Shown here piece after piece: positions 10,107-20,676 of a stretch of DNA of 64,000 nucleotides (the stretch's first letter is position 1; each line of letters starts with the position of its first letter). The notes under the pieces are model-generated. The model was given only the letters and a program-made list of their open reading frames with translations, did no database searches and was not told the DNA's origin. The stretch covers positions 14,402 through 78,401 of the forward strand of contig JACZXZ010000002.1 in NCBI GenBank assembly GCA_022571365.1, given 5' to 3'. The translations under genes and the position numbers were made by a program. Source of the stretch: Pseudomonadota bacterium. Lineage in GTDB: Bacteria; Pseudomonadota; Alphaproteobacteria; G022571365.

Positions 10107-10143
10107 TCTTCCGACGAACTAAGGAGAGCGCGCCCGTCCTCCA

Positions 10144-11778
10144 ATGGTTTATATCGCCCGATGGCAGATCTTTCTCGTCCTCGCGGTTTGCGCCTTCGGC
10201 CTGATCTTCGCGGCCCCGAACGCCCTCGAACGCAAGACGGCGGAGGACCTGCCGGGCTGGCTCCCGCATAAGCAGATCAGCCTCGGGCTCGACCTCCAGG
10301 GCGGGTCCCACCTGTTGCTCGAGGTCGAGGTCGAGGAGGTCATCGAGGAGCAACTCACGACGCTCACCGATGCGGTCCGCAGCGGCCTGCGCCAAGCACG
10401 CATCGGCTATACCGGCCTGGGCACGGAGGGAACGAGCGTCGTCTTCCAGGTGCGGGATCTCACCGAGCTCGAACGGACCCGAGAGGTGGTGGAGGAGATC
10501 GCCGGTGGGTTCGGCGGCGGAATCGGCCTCGTCCGGAGCATCGTCACCGGCGCGGGCCGCGAGGTCGAGGCGACGGTCTCGGACGACGGCAGCGCGATCC
10601 TGGCGCTCACCGAGAAGAGCATCAAGGATCGCCAGCAGCGAGCGATCGAGCAATCGATCGAGATCATCCGCCGCCGGATAGACGAGACCGGCACGCGGGA
10701 GCCGACCATCCAGCGCCAGGGTGCGAATCGCATCCTGGTGCAGCTGCCGGGCGTCGGCGACCCCGAGCGCGTCAAGCGCCTGTTGGGCAAGACGGCGAAG
10801 CTCACCTTTCACCTGCTGGACCCGACAACCACCGTCGCCCAGGCGCTCCGGGGCCAGCTGCCGCCGGGCTCGATGCTGCTCCCCGGCGATGATGTCGACG
10901 CCGCCGGACAGCCGACAACCGAATATGTCGTGCGCAGGCGCGTGGAAGTGGGCGGCGACCGCTTGATCGACGCCCAGCCCACCTTTGATCAGAACAACCA
11001 GCCGGTCGTGAGTTTCCGTTTCGATACGGTCGGCGGCCGGAAGTTCGGCGATGCGACCAAGGAAAACGTCGGCCGACGTCTCGCCATTGTCCTCGACGGC
11101 CAAGTGATCAGCGCCCCCGTCATCCGCGAGCCGATCCTGGGCGGCTCCGGGCAAATCAGCGGGAACTTCACCGTGAGCTCGGCCCAGGACCTGGCACTCT
11201 TGCTCCGGGCCGGGGCCCTGCCGGTGCCTCTCGTCATCCTCGAGGAGCGCACGGTCGGCCCCGGCCTCGGCGCCGACTCGATCGAGGCCGGCAAGATAGC
11301 GAGCATCCTCGGCCTCATCCTGGTCCTCGTGTTCATGGCGACGGTGTACGGTCTGTTCGGGTTGATGGCGGACATCGCGCTCCTGCTCAACCTGATGTTG
11401 ATCGCGGCGGTGCTTTCGACCCTGCAAGCGACGCTGACTCTGCCCGGCATCGCCGGAATCGTGCTCACCATCGGCATGGCGGTGGACGCCAATGTGTTGA
11501 TCTTCGAGCGCATCCGCGAGGAAGTGCGCGGCGGCAGGACGCCGATCTCCGCCATCGACGCGGGTTACAAGCGCGCGCTCACCACCATCATCGACTCGAA
11601 TCTCACGACGCTGATCGCGGCGATCTTGCTCTTCATATTCGGCTCCGGCCCGATCAAGGGTTTCGCCGTGACCCTCTCGATCGGAATCGTGACCTCGATG
11701 TTCACCGCCATGATGGTGACGCGGTTGATGATCGTGACGTGGCTCAGGCAGCGCCGCCCGCAGGCTCTGCCGATCTAG
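10144..11778 (+). CDS. secD: Protein translocase subunit SecD
   Basis: 544 aa; N-terminal TM, large periplasmic domain, C-terminal 6-TM bundle (LGPGLGADSIEAG...). Confidence 0.95.
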   Translation: MVYIARWQIFLVLAVCAFGLIFAAPNALERKTAEDLPGWLPHKQISLGLDLQGGSHLLLEVEVEEVIEEQLTTLTDAVRSGLRQARIGYTGLGTEGTSVVFQVRDLTELERTREVVEEIAGGFGGGIGLVRSIVTGAGREVEATVSDDGSAILALTEKSIKDRQQRAIEQSIEIIRRRIDETGTREPTIQRQGANRILVQLPGVGDPERVKRLLGKTAKLTFHLLDPTTTVAQALRGQLPPGSMLLPGDDVDAAGQPTTEYVVRRRVEVGGDRLIDAQPTFDQNNQPVVSFRFDTVGGRKFGDATKENVGRRLAIVLDGQVISAPVIREPILGGSGQISGNFTVSSAQDLALLLRAGALPVPLVILEERTVGPGLGADSIEAGKIASILGLILVLVFMATVYGLFGLMADIALLLNLMLIAAVLSTLQATLTLPGIAGIVLTIGMAVDANVLIFERIREEVRGGRTPISAIDAGYKRALTTIIDSNLTTLIAAILLFIFGSGPIKGFAVTLSIGIVTSMFTAMMVTRLMIVTWLRQRRPQALPI

Positions 11779-11789
11779 GGGGCCGAGAC

Positions 11790-12734
11790 ATGTGGACGCT
11801 GAGACTGTTTCCGGCCGGGACCAAGATCGAGTTCATCAACCCGCATCGTCTTTGGTTCGCCCTGTCGGCGACGCTCATGGCGCTGTCGATCGGCTTCTTC
11901 CTGGTCCGGGGGCTGAATTTCGGCATCGACTTCAGGGGCGGCATCCTGATCGAGGCCCGAACCCCGGGCCCGGCGGACTTGGGCGAGATGCGGGCCAGGC
12001 TCACCGGGCTCGGCCTGGGCGAGGTGGCGCTCCAGGAATTCGGCACGCCGAGAGACGTGCTGATCCGCGTCCAGCGCCAGGAGGGCGACGAAAAAGCGCA
12101 GATCCGCGCCATCAGGATCGTCAAGGAGGCCCTGGGCGAGGATGTCGACTACCGCCGCACCGAGTTCGTCGGGCCCAAGGTCGGCGCCGAGCTCGTCCGG
12201 GCCGGGGTGACCGCGGTGGTGCTCGCGGTGCTCGCGATCATGGTCTATATCTGGTTCCGATTCGAGTGGCAGTTCAGCCTCGGCGCGGTGGTGGCGCTCG
12301 CTCACGACGTGCTCTCGACCATCGGCATCTTCGCCGCGCTGCAGCTCGAGTTCAACCTGTCGACCCTGGCGGCGATCCTGACCATCGCGGGCTATTCCAT
12401 CAACGACACGGTGGTGGTCTATGACCGGGTGCGCGAGAACCTGCGCAAGTACAAGAAGATGCCGTTCGCCGAGCTCTTGAATCGCAGCATCAACGACACC
12501 CTGTCGCGTACCCTGATGACCAGCGTCACGACGCTCTTGGCGCTCTTTGCCCTGTTCATTTTCGGCGGGCAGGTCATCCGCGGCTTCAGCTTCGCCATGA
12601 TCTGGGGCGTGGTCATCGGCACCTACTCGTCGATCTGCCTGGCGGTGCCCCTTTTGCTTTACATGAACTTGAGGCGCGGCGCCCCGGGCGACGTCGGCCG
12701 ACCGAAAGCAGCGGTGGCGGACCAGGCGTCCTGA
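11790..12734 (+). CDS. secF: Protein translocase subunit SecF
   Basis: MWTLRLFPAGTKIEFINPHRLWFALSA... SecF N-terminus; AGGGGG RBS before ATG 11790 (ORF track begins 11739 inside secD). Confidence 0.9.
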   Translation: MWTLRLFPAGTKIEFINPHRLWFALSATLMALSIGFFLVRGLNFGIDFRGGILIEARTPGPADLGEMRARLTGLGLGEVALQEFGTPRDVLIRVQRQEGDEKAQIRAIRIVKEALGEDVDYRRTEFVGPKVGAELVRAGVTAVVLAVLAIMVYIWFRFEWQFSLGAVVALAHDVLSTIGIFAALQLEFNLSTLAAILTIAGYSINDTVVVYDRVRENLRKYKKMPFAELLNRSINDTLSRTLMTSVTTLLALFALFIFGGQVIRGFSFAMIWGVVIGTYSSICLAVPLLLYMNLRRGAPGDVGRPKAAVADQAS

Positions 12735-12742
12735 GGGGCATC

Positions 12743-13120
12743 ATGGATATCGGCCCACGCGCCCTGGGCGATCGACAGCTCATCCAGAGCTACGGCGAGG
12801 GCCGCTTCCGCATAAGCGGCACGGTCCATGACGGCGGCGTTCTGGTATTCCCAGAGCGGACCTTGCCCTGGCCGGTTGCAAGCATCCGGGGCGTGACGGT
12901 CGATTCGCTCGCCGAGGTGACGGCGGCCGAGCCGGCGGTCGAAATCCTGCTCTTGGGCTGCGGCAGCCGCTTCGAGACGATTCCCGCCGCGCTCAAGGAA
13001 GCGCTCAGGGAGGCCGGCGTGATGGTCGACTCCATGGACACGGGCGCGGCGTGCCGGACCTACAACGTGCTGGTGTCCGAAGGCCGCCGGGTCGCGGCGG
13101 CGCTGATCGCCATCGACTGA
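12743..13120 (+). CDS. Mth938-like domain protein (DUF498; homolog of complex I assembly factor NDUFAF3)
   Basis: 125 aa; IQSYGEGRFRISGTVHDGGVLVF ... VEILLLGCGSRF pattern; position right after secF is typical for this family in Alphaproteobacteria. Confidence 0.65.
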   Translation: MDIGPRALGDRQLIQSYGEGRFRISGTVHDGGVLVFPERTLPWPVASIRGVTVDSLAEVTAAEPAVEILLLGCGSRFETIPAALKEALREAGVMVDSMDTGAACRTYNVLVSEGRRVAAALIAID

Positions 13121-13184
13121 CGGGGGCCGAGGGCGGTACGGCGCGCGGCTCAAGTAGGGCGGTGAAATACGTCGTGCTTCCTCG

Positions 13185-13320
13185 CCCTTCGAGACGCCGC
13201 CCTCATCCCGAAGGCCCGCCCTTCGAGACTCCGCCCTCATCCTGAGGAGAGGCGAAGCCTCGTCTCGAAGGAGAGGGCCGTTCCTCAGGGGAGCGGGGAC
13301 GTCTCGAAGGGTGAGGCGCA
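13185..13320. repeat. Cluster of direct and inverted ~26-bp repeats between convergent genes (REP-like / bidirectional terminator hairpins)
   Basis: CGCCCTTCGAGAC(G/T)CCGCCCTCATCC twice in direct orientation, then inverted partial copies (..GTCTCGAAGGAGAGGGCCG.., ..GTCTCGAAGGGTGAGGCG..). Confidence 0.4.
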
Positions 13321-13343
13321 GCCCGAACTCGTGACGGCAGGTC

Positions 13344-13961
13344 CTAGAAGATGTTCTGCGCCGCGACCATGCCGAAGAACATCGGCACCGAAAGCATGGT
13401 GTTGGTGCGCGAGAACAGCATGGCCGTGCGGGCCGCCTTCGCCTTGGCGTCGGCGTCCGCCTCGACGATGCCCAGCACCTTCTTCTGGTTGGGCCAGATC
13501 ACGAACCAGACGTTGAACCACATGATGATGCCAAGCCACATGCCGATGCCGATGGCGGTATAACGCGGGGTGTAGCCTTCCGCGAGCGCCGTGAGGCCAG
13601 CGGTGGCTACGTGATGATAGTTACTCCAATCATAGACAAGCCCCACGAGGATCAAGCCGGTGACGATCGTGGCCATCGCTGCCCAACGGAACCAGAACAG
13701 GGCCGCCGGCGCGATCACTTTGCTGATCGCCGGTTTCTGGTCGTCGGGGATCTTCCCCATGTTTGGGATTTGCACGAAGTTGAAATACCACAAGAGGCCG
13801 ATCCACATGACGCCGGAAAGCACATGCAGCCAGCGGAATAGGAAGGACCAAAATTCCCCGCCGTCCCAACCGCTGATCCAGAGGTAGACAAGGAAGAAAA
13901 TAACCGCGAGGACGACGCCTGCGGTCACGGTCCGCCACAAAGATGCAAGAATCGCAGCCAT
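13344..13961 (-). CDS. Conserved integral membrane protein of unknown function (Trp-rich, 5-6 TM)
   Basis: 205 aa, start at MAAILASL; several hydrophobic helices rich in W/F (WIGLLWYFNFVQIP; WLGIIMWFNVWFVIWP); no family recognised with confidence. Confidence 0.5.
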   Translation of the reverse strand: MAAILASLWRTVTAGVVLAVIFFLVYLWISGWDGGEFWSFLFRWLHVLSGVMWIGLLWYFNFVQIPNMGKIPDDQKPAISKVIAPAALFWFRWAAMATIVTGLILVGLVYDWSNYHHVATAGLTALAEGYTPRYTAIGIGMWLGIIMWFNVWFVIWPNQKKVLGIVEADADAKAKAARTAMLFSRTNTMLSVPMFFGMVAAQNIF

Positions 13962-14107
13962 TGGTAACCTCCCCCGAGGCAACATGAGAAGCTTTATAAA
14001 CTACTCTAACACTGCCTCCCCCGCCGCGACAAGGACGGGCCGCTGGTGAAGTTGGGTTTATGGCCGGATTTGGCTGCGGCGCCGCCGAGACTTACATTTC
14101 CCTTGTC

Positions 14108-14956
14108 ATGGCCCGGAAGTCAGACTCGTCCTACTGCGCCGAACAGGTCCGAACCCACGACGGCGATCGCTATCTGTGCGGCCTGTTTGCGCCCGAGCCG
14201 CGGCGCCGCGCGCTCTTTGCCCTCTACGCCTTCAACATCGAGGTTGCCAGGATCCGCGAGGCGGTCAGCGAGCCGCTGTTGGGCCATATCCGGCTGCAAT
14301 GGTGGCGGGAGGCCATCCTGGGCATCTATGAAGGCTCGTCGCGCGACCATCCGGTGGTTCGCGCGCTGGCCGACGCGATCGAGCGGTTCGACCTTTCCAG
14401 GACTTACTTCGACCGGCTCATCGAGGCGCGCGGGTTCGACCTGGACGACTCGCCGCCGGAGAATTTGCCGGCCCTCAAGCGCTACGTGGAGGAGACCTCG
14501 GCCAACCTGATCCTGCTCGCCCTCGAGGCCCTCGAGGTGCGCGAGGGAAGGACGTTCTGGGCCGGCCGCCATGTCGGCGTGGCCTGGGCCTTGACCGGGC
14601 TGCTGCGCGCGGTGCCGTCCCACGCCCGGGCAAAGCGCCTCTACCTGCCCGCCGATCTGATGGAAAAGGAGGGCGTCAGGAAGGCCGACCTGTTCGAACT
14701 GAAGCCCTCCGCCGGGCTCGCGGCCGTGGCCAGGACGCTGGCCGGCGAAGCCCGGGAGCACCTCGCCCAGGCCCGCGCCCTCAGCCGGCACGTGCCGCGC
14801 CAGGCCGTGCCGGCGCTGCTGCCGGCAGCCCTCGCCGAGGCCTATCTGCGGCGCATGGAGAGGCGGGGCTTCAACCTCTTCGACCCCAGGCTCGGCTTGA
14901 GCAAGCCCGGGCGGCAGCTACGCCTCGCCTGGGCGGCCTTTCGTAACCGCTATTGA
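14108..14956 (+). CDS. Phytoene/squalene synthase family protein (NDUFAF6-like)
   Basis: Trans-isoprenyl diphosphate synthase head-to-head fold signature (LYAFNIEVARIRE; HIRLQWWREAI; YLPADLMEKEG); no carotenoid or hopanoid neighbours. Confidence 0.7.
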   Translation: MARKSDSSYCAEQVRTHDGDRYLCGLFAPEPRRRALFALYAFNIEVARIREAVSEPLLGHIRLQWWREAILGIYEGSSRDHPVVRALADAIERFDLSRTYFDRLIEARGFDLDDSPPENLPALKRYVEETSANLILLALEALEVREGRTFWAGRHVGVAWALTGLLRAVPSHARAKRLYLPADLMEKEGVRKADLFELKPSAGLAAVARTLAGEAREHLAQARALSRHVPRQAVPALLPAALAEAYLRRMERRGFNLFDPRLGLSKPGRQLRLAWAAFRNRY

Positions 14957-14983
14957 GGGCTCGCCCCGGCGGCGGTGGCGGCG

Positions 14984-15364
14984 CTATCGACTCCACTCAG
15001 CGCGCAGCTCGACCATGAGAGCCTCGATTTCGCTCACCCGCTCGTCGCTGCAGAAATCGTCCGGCAGTTCTTCGGCGTAAGACGCCTGGTAGAAGCCGAA
15101 CAGCGCGCCAATGAAAGCCAACTGCTCTTGAGTCCAGGGCTTACGCCGTTCCCGGGCCATGAAAGCGAGGTAATAGGGCTCCCAGTCCAGGCCGCATTTC
15201 AAGGCCATTCCCGCGGGCTCACTCGCTACGCCGATGCGTTCGAGATCCTCCTCCGAAGGAATGTTGAAATCCTCCGCCGTTGCCGGGATGGCCAACATCA
15301 ACCCGGCCGCGACGACGACGGCTGTGACGGCGCGGTGAGGTAAACTCGCCCATCGCCACACCAT
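14984..15364 (-). CDS. Hypothetical secreted protein (signal peptide, 2 Cys)
   Basis: MVWRWASLPHRAVTAVVVAAGLMLAIPATA/EDF... predicted signal peptidase I site; mature part acidic/aromatic; lies just downstream of uvrA on the same strand. Confidence 0.4.
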   Translation of the reverse strand: MVWRWASLPHRAVTAVVVAAGLMLAIPATAEDFNIPSEEDLERIGVASEPAGMALKCGLDWEPYYLAFMARERRKPWTQEQLAFIGALFGFYQASYAEELPDDFCSDERVSEIEALMVELRAEWSR

Positions 15365-15488
15365 TCCGCCGCCCGAGCGCCGTCGAGACACAGGACCAAT
15401 TCGACGAGCGCCCTGGAAGCGATCGCGCGCTTGCTCTCGCGGCCGCCCGAATTCGAGCCAGGCCAGACATCCAGCTCGGTGGTGCAAC

Positions 15489-18359
<2,871 letters not shown>

Positions 18360-18637
18360 CGGGTCCCTTCAGAAAGGCGGCCGGCGGTCGGGCCGCAGCG
18401 TTCGAATATCACGCCGGGGGCGCGCTGGAAAGCCAGTGCGAAGCAAGGCCCGGCCCCTCACGACGCCGGCTTGCAGCCGCCGAAAACGGCGCCGCGGGCA
18501 ATGAAGGCGCGGCTGTCGTCGTCGCTCCAGCCTTCGGTCATCGGCGCCTTCCACCTCAACACATGGCGGTGGCAAACCACCCGGCTTTGCGTGTACAGTA
18601 CGTCAACGCGACTATACCGTGAACCGGGAGCAATTTC

Positions 18638-19102
18638 ATGGCAGGCAGCATCAATAAGGTCATTCTGATCGGCAATCTTGGGCGCGACCCGGAGGTCCGC
18701 TCGACCCAGGATGGCACCCGGGTCGCCAACTTCACCCTGGCGACCAACGAGACCTGGCGGGATCGTGAGAGCGGCGAGCGCCGCGAGCGCACCGAATGGC
18801 ACCGGATCGTCATCTTCAACGAGCGCCTGGTCGATGTCGCCGAGAAGTACCTGAGAAAAGGCTCGAAGATCTACCTCGAAGGCCAGATCCAGACCCGCAA
18901 ATGGACCGATCAGTCGGGCCAGGAGCGCTATACCACGGAGGTCGTCCTGCAAAAGTTCCGGGGCGAGCTGACCATGCTCGATACGCGCGGCGAGTCGGCG
19001 ACGGCCGAGGCCGGCGCGGAGGCAGAGGGGAAGACGGAGGCGGAGCCGGCGGAGGGCGGCTCGAAAGTAGGGGAGGACCTGGACGACGAAATCCCCTTCT
19101 AG
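18638..19102 (+). CDS. ssb: Single-stranded DNA-binding protein
   Basis: [21 protein letters not shown]... OB fold, Gly/Glu-rich tail ending DDEIPF; divergent from uvrA. Confidence 0.95.
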   Translation: MAGSINKVILIGNLGRDPEVRSTQDGTRVANFTLATNETWRDRESGERRERTEWHRIVIFNERLVDVAEKYLRKGSKIYLEGQIQTRKWTDQSGQERYTTEVVLQKFRGELTMLDTRGESATAEAGAEAEGKTEAEPAEGGSKVGEDLDDEIPF

Positions 19103-19307
19103 CTTGGGACTCCAGGCGAACGGCCGTACCTTCCCGTGCCCACATCTCTGACGTCCGATATCCTTGGAAGGGTCAGCGTCAGCGAGCGTTGCCGCGCGGG
19201 CTTTTCCGGAGTCAAAAACTCCCAGAGCCGCCGCCCCCGTAAAGGGCTGCCGCCCGGCGTGCAAGGTGTGCGGTAAATCGATGGCCAAGGGGGAACGAAT
19301 CCCGTAG

Positions 19308-20477
19308 ATGGCTCAAGGCACGCGCGCCCTGTTCCCCGATCTCGAGACGGATTCAGCCAGCCGCCACAAGACAGGGATACTGCCCTCCCAGGAGGTTGAG
19401 GCGTTGGTTCGGGCCGGCCACATCACGGCCGAGCCGGCCATCTGCGACGACCAGATCCAACCGGCCAGCATCGATCTGAGGCTCGGGGGCGTCGCCTATC
19501 GCGTCCGCTCGAGCTTCCTCGCCGGCGAAGCCTCGACGGTGAGGGACAAGATCGAAACCCTGGCCATGCACGAGATCGATCTGACAGGAGGCGCCGTCCT
19601 GGAGAAAGGATGCGTCTACATCGCTCCCCTGGTGGAGGAGCTGAGGCTTCCGGCGCAGGTCGCGGGCCGGGCCAATCCCAAGAGCAGCACCGGCCGGTTG
19701 GACATCTTCACCCGCGTAATGACCGATTATTCCAAGGAATTCGAGACCATCACAAAGGGCTACAAGGGAAAGCTGTTCGTGGAAATCTCGCCGCGCACCT
19801 TCAGCATTCTTGTCCGCGCCGGCGCCAGATTGAACCAGCTGCGTTTCATCCGCGGCTCCCCGTTGTCTTCCGACACCGAGCTGTCGCGTTTGCATGACCG
19901 GGAGACCCTCGTCTACTCGGAAGACGAGTCGCCCGAAGAGGCCACGATTTCGCGGGGACTCTGGATCTCGATCGACCTCAAGGAAAACCGTAAATCAGGC
20001 CTTATCGGCTACCGGGCCAAGAAACACGCGCCCGTTATCGACCTCGATCAGGCCGGCTTCTATGAGCCCTTGGACTTTTGGGAGCCGATAACCAAGATCG
20101 ACGCCAAGGGTATCATACTCAATCCAGGCGACTTCTATATCCTGGGCTCGAAGGAGAAAATCCGCATCCCGCCCGCCTACGCCGCGGAAATGGTCGCCTA
20201 CGACACCTCCCTGGGCGAATTCCGCATACATTACGCCGGGTTTTTCGATCCCGGCTTTGGATACGGCAGCGACGATATCCCTGGGACGCGGGTAACCCTC
20301 GAGGTGCGATCCCACGAGGTGCCGTTCCTGCTGGAGGACGGACAGAAGGTGGGCCGCTTGATTTATCAGCGCCTGACCCAGAGGCCGAGCAAAATTTACG
20401 GGCCCGCGATCGGCTCCTCCTACCAACGTCAGGAACTGGCCTTGAGCAAACAGTTCAAGGCCGTTGGTGCGCCTTGA
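19308..20477 (+). CDS. dcd: 2'-deoxycytidine 5'-triphosphate deaminase, long bimodular form (~390 aa)
   Basis: dUTPase-fold motifs (PASIDLRLG; GRANPKSSTGRLDIF) in N-terminal half and a second degenerate copy in the C-terminal half. Confidence 0.75.
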   Translation: MAQGTRALFPDLETDSASRHKTGILPSQEVEALVRAGHITAEPAICDDQIQPASIDLRLGGVAYRVRSSFLAGEASTVRDKIETLAMHEIDLTGGAVLEKGCVYIAPLVEELRLPAQVAGRANPKSSTGRLDIFTRVMTDYSKEFETITKGYKGKLFVEISPRTFSILVRAGARLNQLRFIRGSPLSSDTELSRLHDRETLVYSEDESPEEATISRGLWISIDLKENRKSGLIGYRAKKHAPVIDLDQAGFYEPLDFWEPITKIDAKGIILNPGDFYILGSKEKIRIPPAYAAEMVAYDTSLGEFRIHYAGFFDPGFGYGSDDIPGTRVTLEVRSHEVPFLLEDGQKVGRLIYQRLTQRPSKIYGPAIGSSYQRQELALSKQFKAVGAP

Positions 20478-20676
20478 GCCGGCCGCCTACCCGAGGAAAC
20501 CGGACCGCCGGATCGTCTCATCCGTCCTGGGAGATCGGCGGGGCGCGGCGGCCCGCCAACTCCGCCATCCTGTTGTTCGCAGGCGCAAAATCTGCTAAAT
20601 TTAGGGGCACAGATTTCGTGCAACCGGTGGACCTCGCCGGGGCCACGCCTTCCCTTGAAATCCGGAGCAAGATGGG

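Noticed and set aside
18360-18637. LexA/SOS box between divergent uvrA and ssb
   Set aside because: No GTTC-N7-GTTC / GAAC-N7-GAAC (alphaproteobacterial) or CTGT-N8-ACAG motif found by eye; only a short palindrome GTACAGTAC near ssb, insufficient to call.
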